A stretch of 64,000 nt of DNA, taken from Waterburya sp. (lineage in GTDB: Bacteria; Cyanobacteriota; Cyanobacteriia; Cyanobacteriales; Xenococcaceae). Below, in pieces: positions 49,872 to 59,166 of the stretch. The stretch spans positions 1,696,001 to 1,760,000 of the forward strand of contig CBDCJV010000002.1 in assembly GCA_965217895.1 (NCBI GenBank), written 5' to 3'. Positions within the stretch are counted from its first letter, which is position 1, and the number at the start of each line of letters is the position of its first letter. A program made the position numbers and the translations under genes. Under the pieces are notes generated by a model. That model ran no database searches and had not been told where the DNA came from. It saw nothing but the letters and a program-made list of their open reading frames with translations.

Positions 49872-52800
49872 GTGGTAGCTCAAGCAGAAAAAATTACCTT
49901 AGATACCCGCTACGAATCTAAAACCCAGTCTATTGCCCAAGAATTGATCAAAAGTACTAGACAAAAAAACAACATCTTTAATCGGATGCGGGATCAGATG
50001 CGTTGGGACGATAAAGTTTTGGACTGGACGATGGCTAACCCAGGGCTGCGGGTACAGATGTTTCGCTTTATTGATACTATTCCTGCCCTCCAGAGTAAAA
50101 CTGAAATTGCCAATCACTTTCAGCAATATATGAGTACGGAGGAAGTCGAGTTACCAAATGCTCTTAAAGGTATTCTAAACTTTAGTGATGCTGATTCTTT
50201 TCCGGCCCAAACCGCAGCAGCTACTATTACTAAAGCAGTAGAAACTCTGGCATATAAATATATTGCAGGGGAAAACATAGCCGAGGTCATCAAAACCATA
50301 GAACGACTGCGTAAAGAGGGCATGACCTATACTATCGACCTTTTAGGTGAAGCAGTAATTACCGAAGTTGAGGCAGAAGATTATTTACAACGCTACATTG
50401 ATTTAATCGAGCAGCTTGCTCAAAAAGCTCAAGCTTGGAAAAGGAAAGAGGGTATCGACCTAGCTGATGGGATCGAATTACCTCAGGTACAGGTATCGGT
50501 AAAGCTTACGGCTTTTTATTCTCAGTTTGACCCTTTGAATCCTGTAGGTAGTAAACAACAAGTGTGCGATCGCCTGAGAATTTTACTACGCAAGGCGGCA
50601 GAATTAGGCGCAGCAATCCATTTTGATATGGAACAATATCGTTACAAGGATCTAACGCTACAGATCCTTAAAGAGTTACTCATAGAAGAGGAATTTCGTA
50701 GTCGTACAGATTTGGGTATTACTCTCCAGGCTTACCTAAGAGATTCATATCAGGACTTGCAAGGAATTATTGAATGGGTAAAAGAAAGAGGTAATCCTTT
50801 GACGGTGCGGTTAGTCAAGGGGGCATATTGGGATCAAGAAACGATCAAATCTGAGCAAAATCATTGGCAGCAGCCCGTATACAACGATAAAGCAGCAACA
50901 GATTTAAACTACGAGCGTATGACGCAACTGCTGCTGGAAAATCATGAATACTTATATGCTGCTATCGGTAGTCATAATGTGCGCTCTCAGGCTTTAGCTT
51001 GCGCGATCGCTGAAACTTTAGATATTCCCCCCCGTCGCTTTGAAATGCAGGTTTTGTACGGCATGGGAGATAAATTGGCGCAGGCTTTAGTCAAGCGGGG
51101 TCATCGGGTACGGGTATATTCTCCCTACGGCAAGTTACTACCAGGAATGGCTTATCTGATTCGTAGACTATTGGAAAATACGGCAAATAGCTCTTTTATA
51201 AAGCAAAACCAAGAAGAAAAGCCCATTTCCGAATTAATTGCTCCTCCCATTGCTAATAATGAAGACGGTAGAGGCGTTTCGCGAAACGCCCCTACGGATA
51301 ATACCCAATTTGTTTATGCCCCCGATACAGATTACGCTGATACAGAAAGACGCACAAAAGCAGAACAAGCATTAGCTAAAGTCAAGCAAGAATTGGGCAA
51401 AACTTATTTACCTCTGATTAACGGTGAATATGTTGAAACTGACAGCTATCTCGACTCCCTTAATCCTTCTAAAGAAACTGAGTTAGTGGGTAAAGTCGGG
51501 CAAATATCTGTCGAACAAGCAGAGCAAGCAATGAACGCTGCTAAAGAGGCTTTTGGCTCTTGGAAAGCAACCTCAGCAACAGATAGAGCAAATATCCTGC
51601 GTAAAGCTGCCGATCTTATGGAACAGCGACGACATGAATTAAATGCCTGGATTTGTTTAGAAGTAGGTAAAATTATTCCCCAGGCTGATGGAGAGGTTTC
51701 CGAGGCGATCGATTTTTGTCGCTATTACGCCTCGGAAATGGAAAAACTTGCAGCAGGCAAAAATTATGATATCGCTGGAGAAAATAACCGTTACTTCTAT
51801 CAGCCAAAGGGAATTGCGGTAGTAATTTCTCCCTGGAATTTTCCGTTTGCGATCGCCACGGGCATGACCGTTGCTGCCCTGGTTACAGGTAACTGTACTC
51901 TCTTAAAACCTGCTGCCACATCTTCGATAATTGCTGCCAAAATCACCGAGATTCTAGTTGAGGCTGGTATTCCCAAGGGAGTATTGAGCTATGTTCCTGG
52001 TAAGGGTTCCCAAGTTGGCTCATATTTAGTAGAACACAAAGATACCCACGTAATTGCCTTTACTGGTTCAAGAGAAGTAGGCTGTAAAATATATGCGGAC
52101 GCAGCCAAGCTACAGCCTGGACAAAAACATCTTAAGCGCGTCATTGCCGAGATGGGAGGCAAAAACGCTATCATCGTCGATGAAAGTGCTGATTTAGATC
52201 AGGCAGTAGTTGGAGTAGTGCAGTCAGCTTTTGGCTATAGCGGACAAAAATGTTCAGCCTGTTCGCGGGTAATCGTTGCTGCCCCTGTTTATGATGCTTT
52301 CTTAGAAAGATTAGTTGAAGCTACTAAGTCTTTGAATATCGGTGCTACGGATGACCCCAGTATCCAAATGGGTCCTGTAATCGATCCTCAGGCACGCGAT
52401 CGCATTTTAGAATATATTGCCCAGGGAAAAAAGCAGAGTGAACTGGCTTTAGAAATGTCTATTCCCGATGGAGGCTACTATGTCTCCCCGACAATCTTTA
52501 GCAATGTGGCAGCGGATCATACTATTGCCCAAGAGGAAATCTTTGGTCCTGTTTTGGCAGTAATGAAGTCTAATAGCTTTGACGAGGCAATATCTATTGC
52601 TAACGGTACAGATTATGCTCTTACAGGCGGTTTATACTCCCGTACTCCCAGTCATATTGAGCAGGCATCTAGGGAGTTTGAAGTAGGAAACCTTTATATC
52701 AACCGCAACATTACTGGCGCGATCGTTGCTCGTCAACCCTTTGGAGGTTTTAAGCTTTCTGGAGTTGGCTCAAAAGCAGGAGGATCGGATTATCTGCTCC

Positions 52801-52874
52801 AGTTTCTAGATCCGCGAGTGGTGACAGAAAACATTCAGCGTCAGGGCTTTGCTCCTATTGAAGGAGCTGAATAA
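49872..52874 (+). CDS. putA: Bifunctional proline dehydrogenase / P5C dehydrogenase
   Basis: RLVKGAYWD, YLIRRLLENTAN, ISPWNFP, AEMGGKNA, GQKCSACS, EEIFGPV and QPFGG. GTG at 49872 follows AGGAG; the ORF track opens at 49770. Confidence 0.95.
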   Translation: MVAQAEKITLDTRYESKTQSIAQELIKSTRQKNNIFNRMRDQMRWDDKVLDWTMANPGLRVQMFRFIDTIPALQSKTEIANHFQQYMSTEEVELPNALKGILNFSDADSFPAQTAAATITKAVETLAYKYIAGENIAEVIKTIERLRKEGMTYTIDLLGEAVITEVEAEDYLQRYIDLIEQLAQKAQAWKRKEGIDLADGIELPQVQVSVKLTAFYSQFDPLNPVGSKQQVCDRLRILLRKAAELGAAIHFDMEQYRYKDLTLQILKELLIEEEFRSRTDLGITLQAYLRDSYQDLQGIIEWVKERGNPLTVRLVKGAYWDQETIKSEQNHWQQPVYNDKAATDLNYERMTQLLLENHEYLYAAIGSHNVRSQALACAIAETLDIPPRRFEMQVLYGMGDKLAQALVKRGHRVRVYSPYGKLLPGMAYLIRRLLENTANSSFIKQNQEEKPISELIAPPIANNEDGRGVSRNAPTDNTQFVYAPDTDYADTERRTKAEQALAKVKQELGKTYLPLINGEYVETDSYLDSLNPSKETELVGKVGQISVEQAEQAMNAAKEAFGSWKATSATDRANILRKAADLMEQRRHELNAWICLEVGKIIPQADGEVSEAIDFCRYYASEMEKLAAGKNYDIAGENNRYFYQPKGIAVVISPWNFPFAIATGMTVAALVTGNCTLLKPAATSSIIAAKITEILVEAGIPKGVLSYVPGKGSQVGSYLVEHKDTHVIAFTGSREVGCKIYADAAKLQPGQKHLKRVIAEMGGKNAIIVDESADLDQAVVGVVQSAFGYSGQKCSACSRVIVAAPVYDAFLERLVEATKSLNIGATDDPSIQMGPVIDPQARDRILEYIAQGKKQSELALEMSIPDGGYYVSPTIFSNVAADHTIAQEEIFGPVLAVMKSNSFDEAISIANGTDYALTGGLYSRTPSHIEQASREFEVGNLYINRNITGAIVARQPFGGFKLSGVGSKAGGSDYLLQFLDPRVVTENIQRQGFAPIEGAE
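51268..51295. repeat. GTAG-type REP palindrome inside the putA coding sequence
   Basis: GTAGAGGCGTTTCGCGAAACGCCCCTAC, a 28-nt palindrome with one mismatch. Confidence 0.8.
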
Positions 52875-53015
52875 TTATTGAAAGAATTGCTTTATCTGCT
52901 TCTGCTTAAACCTAACTCGCACTAGTTTTACCCCTTTTAGATTGAGCCAGATTCTTTTATTCTCAATATTACAAATACCCCATCTAGTCTTCATTTTTTT
53001 CACTCCCCAGTCATT

Positions 53016-53158
53016 AACTGATATTACGCAGCATGGGGTCATGGAGTAGTGAGTAAGGAGTATAGAGAAGTGGTGGAGTGGTGGAGATAGTGAAGCCAAA
53101 CTACCCCAAACACCCCGCTACCCAGTCTTCATAGATCGATAAATGCGTAACACCAGTT
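53016..53158. mobile_element. 143-bp MITE, AACTGAT-TIR family
   Basis: AACTGATATTACGCA ... TGCGTAACACCAGTT with ATT target duplication; near-identical copy at 62744-62886. Confidence 0.85.
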
Positions 53159-53226
53159 ATTAATGCTGACATTGATAACCCGCTCTCATCTAGCTATCAG
53201 GCTAGGAAGTTCTGTTTTAAGCTGTT

Positions 53227-53655
53227 TTAATTTAATGGTATTGCTTTGACTTTTTTTGTTGCTAGAACTCTAATTTTTACCACTAGCTCATTCTGCATTG
53301 ATTCGCTACTTCCTTCCAAAGCTGTTTGAGGTTTTGCCATCACATCTACTGCCCCAGCCTTCATCACTTCATAGATATTGTCTATATCAGACTTTTGGAC
53401 ACTATTACTCAAAACCAAAATTGGGGTAGGACAATTTGCCATTACCTGCCTGGTAAATTCTAAGCCATCCATTTGAGGCATTTGCAGATCGGTACAAATT
53501 ACATCAGGTTTAAGATGAGAAACTAATTCTAATCCCTGTTTACCATTTTCAGCTTTACCAATTACTTCGATATGGGGAGAAGAAATTAGCATTTTTTCGT
53601 AGATATTGATTGCCACAGAGGAATCTTCGACTAATAAAACTTTGATTTTTGCCAT
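53227..53655 (-). CDS. Stand-alone receiver domain of CheB type (copy 2)
   Basis: LLVEDS, DVICTDLQMPQMDG and GAVDVMAKP; no methylesterase domain. Confidence 0.88.
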   Translation of the reverse strand: MAKIKVLLVEDSSVAINIYEKMLISSPHIEVIGKAENGKQGLELVSHLKPDVICTDLQMPQMDGLEFTRQVMANCPTPILVLSNSVQKSDIDNIYEVMKAGAVDVMAKPQTALEGSSESMQNELVVKIRVLATKKVKAIPLN

Positions 53656-53717
53656 GATATTTACCCTAATTTAATGTATTTATTCTTCGATTTGATCTGT
53701 AAAAAAAGCTTTAAGCT

Positions 53718-54146
53718 CTAAGCTAAAGGAATTGCACTAACTTTTTTTGTTGCTAAAACTCTAATTTTGACGATTAGTTCATTTTGAATTGATTCAGAAT
53801 TACCTCCAGAGGCAGTTTGAGGTTTTGCTATCACATCAACCGCTCCAGCTTTCATCACTTCATAGATATTGTCAACATCGGACTTTTGGACACTATTACT
53901 CAAAACCAAAATTGGAGTGGGATAATGTGCCATTACTTGCTTGGTGAATTCCAAGCCGTCCATCTGAGGCATTTGTAAATCAGTACAGATTACATCAGGA
54001 TTGAGTTGAGAAACCAAATTCAGTCCTTCTTTCCCGTTGCCAGCCTTACCAATTACCTCGATATAAGGAGAAGAATCTAACATTTTTTCGTAGATGTTGA
54101 TTGCCACAGGAGAATCTTCAACTAATAAAACTTTGATTTTAGACAT
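53718..54146 (-). CDS. Stand-alone receiver domain of CheB type (copy 1)
   Basis: Close paralog of 53227-53655. Confidence 0.88.
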   Translation of the reverse strand: MSKIKVLLVEDSPVAINIYEKMLDSSPYIEVIGKAGNGKEGLNLVSQLNPDVICTDLQMPQMDGLEFTKQVMAHYPTPILVLSNSVQKSDVDNIYEVMKAGAVDVIAKPQTASGGNSESIQNELIVKIRVLATKKVSAIPLA

Positions 54147-54147
54147 A

Positions 54148-56616
54148 TTAATAACTAGTTATTAAAGTAGAATGAATTAATTGATTGAGGGTATCAAACA
54201 AAACTTGTTGACTAAAATTACCCTTAGTTAAATAGGCATTTGCGCCTGCTTCGTGACCACGACGTTTATCTTCATCAGATGCCAAGGTGGTGAGCAGCAC
54301 AATTGGTAATTGCTTATATTTGCTGTTTTGGCGAATGCTGGCAGTCATTTCCAAACCATTCATCTTGGGCATTTCCACATCGGAAAGCACAATGTCAAAA
54401 TCTTGTGCTTGAATTTGCTGTAAACCTGCCAAACCGTCTTCAGCAACCACTACATCGTAACCAGCACCTCTTAGAGAACGCTGCATTTGAGTCCGAATAA
54501 TAATCGAATCTTCTACCAGCAATAGTCTATTTTTGGCTATCTTTGTTTCCACTGGGGGAGAAACAGCTTGCCAGCTACCATTTCTCAATGAATGAAGCAG
54601 ATCCCAAGGGTTGAGAATCATACAGACTTCACCACTACCCAAAATAGTTGCTCCTGTAATATTAGGAATACGTTTGAGTAATTTACTTTGGGGTTTAATA
54701 ACTATGTCTTGTTGATCTACTAAGTCATCGACAATTACGCCAAAGCGATCGCTACCAGTTTGGAGAATAATGCAGAATAGATTATTCTTTTTTTGAGTGT
54801 AGTCTTCTAAAGTAGGCAACTGGAGTAAATTTGCCAGCCAAGCTATAGAGGTATGTTGATTTTCAAAGGTAATAGTTGGATTATCTTCAATTTCATATAT
54901 ATCCTGACAAGAAAGAGTAATCATAGTTTGAATGAACTCTAAAGGCAGAGCATAGGTAGTTTGATTGAGATTGACAATCAAAACTTTGGTAGTAGCTAAA
55001 CTAGTGCTTAGGCGTATCTGGAATTTGCAACCACTGCCAGGAGTAGAAGTTACCTGAATTGAGCCTTTTAACCTTTCTACATTGGCTCGAACCACATCTA
55101 AACCGACACCTCTACCAGAAAGCTCGGTAATTTGAGTACGAGTAGAAAAGCCCGAAGCAAAGATTAGAGATTGGATTTCCGATTCACTCATGGCAGCTAA
55201 TTCGGCTTCAGTACGCACTCTTTTTCTAATAGCCGTGGTGCAAATACTTTCCAAATCTAAACCCCGTCCATCATCGCTAATTTCAATCCCGATGCTGCTT
55301 CCTATTTGATAGCCTCTTAAGATTAGGGTGGCTTTTTGGGGTTTACCCTGAGCGATACGTTCTGCTGGAGTTTCAATACCATGATCGATCGCATTGCGAA
55401 CAAGATGCAGTAAAGGATCTTTGATTTCTTCTAATATCTTTTTGTCGGCTTTAGTATCTCCCCCTACAATCACTAGCTCAATTTCTTTGCCCTGTTGTCT
55501 GGCTAAATCCCTTACCATACGGGGATAAATATTAAATACCGTAGACAGGGGTAACTGCCTTAAATCTTGAATTCCTGACTCCAGGCGATCGGCTATAATA
55601 TCTAAACTGGAGACATCTTCATCGGCTCTGACTTTGAGATTATTAACTAAGTTACCCAAAGAGTTTAAACGCTGTTGGTTGCTGTTCAAGAAAGAGCGCA
55701 AGGGTTGAAACTGTTCTGAACTCAGGTTTGGTTCAAGCTGGGCAAAGATCTTGCTCTCATCAGAATTATGCTTACTCCAGCCTTCCCAAAGAGCTAACAT
55801 CTGCTCGATTTCCGTCATCTGCTGAAAAATACGCAGTTTGGTAACTACTAACTCACTGGCTTGAGTCATTAAGGTATCTAGCTTTTGTGGCTCAACCCTA
55901 ATGGTATCAATTTGATAGTCTTTGGCGGTTGTACCTGCTGTTACAGGCTGGTTAAGATTAGCTGCAACTACTACATCTGTATCTTCGAGTGGTTCTGGTT
56001 CGGCTACTGGAGAATCATCGGCAAATAAATCTGCTTCAGAACTAGTGTGATCTTTAAATAAATCAACATTATCTTGCTCGCCAAATAGATCTACTTCAGA
56101 ACTAGTGTGATCTTTAAATAAATCAACATTATCTTGCTCGCCAAATAGATCTACTTCAGAACTAGTGTGATCTCCAAACAAATCATCTTGATCGGCAAAT
56201 AAATCTGCTTCGGAGTTATTAACAGATTCAGAAATATCTGCTGCACCCATCAATGATGCCAGCACTTCAAACGTATTAACTTTTACCTCATCTCCTGTAA
56301 TTGCCTGATGAGAAAGTTGATTGACAGCATCAATACCTTGGTACAGGCGATCGCATAATTGGGCAGTTATTTCGCTTTTTCCTGCTTTAATGCCTTCAAT
56401 ACAGTCTTCTAGCTGATGCACCAGCATCTCGATATCGTTTAACCCCAGCATCCGTGAATCCCCTTTGAGGGTATGAGCTTCCCGCAAAAATTCTTCGATT
56501 GCTAAACTATCCTGGGGATTTTTCTCCAAGATCATTAAGTCGGCTTCTAACTTTTGTAGGTGTTCGCTACTGGAGGTTTTGTAAAGCTCTCTTAGCTCTT
56601 CGTCTTCTATATACAT
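54148..56616 (-). CDS. cheA: Hybrid CheA kinase (Hpt, dimerisation, HATPase, CheW, REC)
   Basis: REAHTLKGDSRM, HLVRNAIDHGIE, SDDGRG, GFSTR..SGRGVGLDVV and C-terminal receiver LSDVEMP. Confidence 0.94.
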   Translation of the reverse strand: MYIEDEELRELYKTSSSEHLQKLEADLMILEKNPQDSLAIEEFLREAHTLKGDSRMLGLNDIEMLVHQLEDCIEGIKAGKSEITAQLCDRLYQGIDAVNQLSHQAITGDEVKVNTFEVLASLMGAADISESVNNSEADLFADQDDLFGDHTSSEVDLFGEQDNVDLFKDHTSSEVDLFGEQDNVDLFKDHTSSEADLFADDSPVAEPEPLEDTDVVVAANLNQPVTAGTTAKDYQIDTIRVEPQKLDTLMTQASELVVTKLRIFQQMTEIEQMLALWEGWSKHNSDESKIFAQLEPNLSSEQFQPLRSFLNSNQQRLNSLGNLVNNLKVRADEDVSSLDIIADRLESGIQDLRQLPLSTVFNIYPRMVRDLARQQGKEIELVIVGGDTKADKKILEEIKDPLLHLVRNAIDHGIETPAERIAQGKPQKATLILRGYQIGSSIGIEISDDGRGLDLESICTTAIRKRVRTEAELAAMSESEIQSLIFASGFSTRTQITELSGRGVGLDVVRANVERLKGSIQVTSTPGSGCKFQIRLSTSLATTKVLIVNLNQTTYALPLEFIQTMITLSCQDIYEIEDNPTITFENQHTSIAWLANLLQLPTLEDYTQKKNNLFCIILQTGSDRFGVIVDDLVDQQDIVIKPQSKLLKRIPNITGATILGSGEVCMILNPWDLLHSLRNGSWQAVSPPVETKIAKNRLLLVEDSIIIRTQMQRSLRGAGYDVVVAEDGLAGLQQIQAQDFDIVLSDVEMPKMNGLEMTASIRQNSKYKQLPIVLLTTLASDEDKRRGHEAGANAYLTKGNFSQQVLFDTLNQLIHSTLITSY
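56014..56213 (-). repeat. 60-bp in-frame tandem repeat in the CheA linker
   Basis: CTTCAGAACTAGTGTGATCT recurs with a 60-nt period and encodes DHTSSEVDLFGEQDNVDLFK. Confidence 0.92.
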
Positions 56617-56695
56617 AGTTTTGCTCAGAAAATTATGGTAAAAAGCTCTAAAAACTAAAGCCTATAGCTTATGGATTAGAGCCTATAGCTACAAA

Positions 56696-58054
56696 TTAAA
56701 CAATCGCTTTTAATTCTTCGGTGAATTTTTTCAGTTGGATTGTCGAAGCCCTGACATTTTCCATATCTGCTGCCGTATCCATTGCACCCAAATTAAGAGC
56801 GTTAACTGCTGCTAGAATTTCTTGAATACCTACAGCCTGTTGTTTGGCTGTGTTAGAAATTTCAGAGGTGTTGGCAAATACACTGTTAACAGCTTCCTTC
56901 ACCCCAATAAATGATTCGGCTGTACCTAGTGCCAACTTAATACTAGATTCGGCGGTTTTCTTCCCTTCATCGGTTACCATTACCGCACTGTTCATTGCTG
57001 CCTGTACATCTGTAACCAGGTTGTTGATTTTGTCCGCAGACTTACGACTTTGATCCGCTAGTTTCCGAATCTCCCCCGCAACTACCCCGAAACCTTTGCC
57101 GTATTCCCCTGCCCGTGCTGCCTCCACCGCTGCGTTGAGAGCCAGCATATTTGTTTGGTTTGCCAAATCACCTACAAGTTCAGATACCCCAGCAATTTGT
57201 TCTGTTTGTTCACTCAGGTTGATAATTTGTTCGGCAATTTCTCTTACTCTTTCTTTTAGGCTTTCCATCCCTGCTCTAGTTTGATCTACTGTTTGCGCTC
57301 CAGTTTCTGCCAGAGAGAGAGCCGTGTTGGCACTTTTTGCCGATTCTTCAGCTTGAATTGCCGAGCGTCTTGAGGTTTCACCTAACAAATCTACCGTAGA
57401 AGTGGTTTGGCTGACGGAACTTGCCTGTTCGTTAGCTACCTTTTCTTGGTTCTCTACTTTAGAGGCAATATCATCAGATGATTGAGCAATATGGTTGGTA
57501 AATTGATCTAAAGTATTGGTAATTCGCCGTGAACCCGCGATAATTATCGCTAGAATGATAAAGTTAAGTAATGCTACCAATAGCTGAATTCTTTTTAACT
57601 GTCTGACACTGGTGGCTGAGTATTCTTCGGCTGCGTTTACTGCTGCGTTGGTTAATTCAAATAATTTTTCGCTCTCTGCCAAAAGAGCAGCACGGTCAGC
57701 TTCTGTAGGTCTGGTTCTTACCTGCTGAATTAACTCTTTACATTTGTTCCACTGTGCTTGAGCCTCTTGCATTCTGGCGATGTAGGCTGTATCTGTAGCT
57801 TGGGGCAGTCCTAATTCTACGTTTCCATTAATTAAGCCATCAATTAGGTTATTTAACTTAGCAATCAGCTTATCATTGGGACTGTTAGAAAGTTCTAGCT
57901 TAATCGCTCTTTGTGTAGCCCCTCGAACCACACCAGACTGGTTAATAACTTTAGAATCAGATTCGGAAGACTTAAGAAAAATAACCCCCAAATTGGCTAA
58001 TACAATAACTCCAATTCCAAATGCACCTGCGGTTAACTGGGTTCCAATTTTCAT
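56696..58054 (-). CDS. Methyl-accepting chemotaxis protein with a PilJ/NarX-like periplasmic sensor
   Basis: [34 protein letters not shown]; two TM helices; P-box-like [13 protein letters not shown]. Confidence 0.93.
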   Translation of the reverse strand: MKIGTQLTAGAFGIGVIVLANLGVIFLKSSESDSKVINQSGVVRGATQRAIKLELSNSPNDKLIAKLNNLIDGLINGNVELGLPQATDTAYIARMQEAQAQWNKCKELIQQVRTRPTEADRAALLAESEKLFELTNAAVNAAEEYSATSVRQLKRIQLLVALLNFIILAIIIAGSRRITNTLDQFTNHIAQSSDDIASKVENQEKVANEQASSVSQTTSTVDLLGETSRRSAIQAEESAKSANTALSLAETGAQTVDQTRAGMESLKERVREIAEQIINLSEQTEQIAGVSELVGDLANQTNMLALNAAVEAARAGEYGKGFGVVAGEIRKLADQSRKSADKINNLVTDVQAAMNSAVMVTDEGKKTAESSIKLALGTAESFIGVKEAVNSVFANTSEISNTAKQQAVGIQEILAAVNALNLGAMDTAADMENVRASTIQLKKFTEELKAIV

Positions 58055-58099
58055 GAATTTTCTACCTATATAATTTAATTTAGTTAATAAAATATCTAC

Positions 58100-59143
58100 T
58101 TAAGCTGCTAGTTCTACCGTCAACGCTCCTTGGGCGAGTATTTTTGCTAAGTCAATCACGTTCAAAGGTCGATCTTGATAATTAGCAGTACCTTGGAGAT
58201 AGCTTGCTGTCTGAGAATTGATAGCAGCAGGCACAGATTTTAGTTCTTCTGGACGCAAATCGACTATATTAAAGACCTCTTCTACGGCAATTCCCGCTAC
58301 TATATTGCCAACCTCAATCACTACAGCTTTAAAGGACTGATTATTGTCCATTACCTCTAAATTCAAAGGCTGACGAATATCTACCAAGGTCAGAATCTCT
58401 CCTCTCAAATTCATATTGCCAATTATGTAATTTGGGCAGCAGGGAATAGTCATAACTCGCTCAATTTTGGTAAATTCTCTGACCATGCTGAGATCTAAGC
58501 CAAAATAATCGCCATTGATGCTGACGACTGCCAGAGAAATTAACTCAGTTGGTTCATCGTTATCGATAGCTTCTCCCAGGTTGGCAGCACGTCGAGACAA
58601 AATTTCTTTAGTATTGAGGGAGGCTGCGGGAAAATATCGCTCGTAAAAGCCACTTGCTGAGGATTTTGCTTCTAATTGTGACTCTTGGGCATCAATTAAT
58701 GCTTCCAAAGTATCGGGATGTCGAACAAGATTATCTACATTAAGGAGCATAATGATTTCGTCATCCAGATTAATTACCCCTTCAATAAAAGCTTGGTTAA
58801 TCTTTTTTTCTCGTCCATAATCTAAATCGACTTGAATATATCGATCGTCAATTTCATTAATTGTTTCAACCTGATGAACTACTACTCCTACCTGCAATCC
58901 TTGAGACTCCAGGACAATAACGCTATCGGTAAGATTGCACTGGTTAAACTTATGACCAAAACGGAGATCTAGGTGCATCACTGGCACAAATACAGAATGT
59001 AGATTGAGCAAGCCAACAATATCTGGTGGTGCTTCGGCGACGGCGGTTAATTCTGGTAATAAGAATATTTCCGTAACTTCTTTAGCGGCGATCGCATATC
59101 TGGTATTATGTAAGCTAAAAATTAAATAGGGCTTGGTTGCCAT
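58100..59143 (-). CDS. cheW: Double-domain CheW adaptor
   Basis: Two CheW domains (GLLNLHSVFVPVMHL and GNMNLRGEILTLVDI). Confidence 0.92.
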   Translation of the reverse strand: MATKPYLIFSLHNTRYAIAAKEVTEIFLLPELTAVAEAPPDIVGLLNLHSVFVPVMHLDLRFGHKFNQCNLTDSVIVLESQGLQVGVVVHQVETINEIDDRYIQVDLDYGREKKINQAFIEGVINLDDEIIMLLNVDNLVRHPDTLEALIDAQESQLEAKSSASGFYERYFPAASLNTKEILSRRAANLGEAIDNDEPTELISLAVVSINGDYFGLDLSMVREFTKIERVMTIPCCPNYIIGNMNLRGEILTLVDIRQPLNLEVMDNNQSFKAVVIEVGNIVAGIAVEEVFNIVDLRPEELKSVPAAINSQTASYLQGTANYQDRPLNVIDLAKILAQGALTVELAA

Positions 59144-59166
59144 CTTTTCTTCCTCACCTTCGGTTA

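Noticed and set aside
52875..53099. 74-aa minus-strand ORF after putA
   Set aside because: It starts inside the MITE and has no plausible protein features.
56014..56213. CRISPR-like array in cheA
   Set aside because: The units are contiguous in-frame coding duplications without unique spacers.
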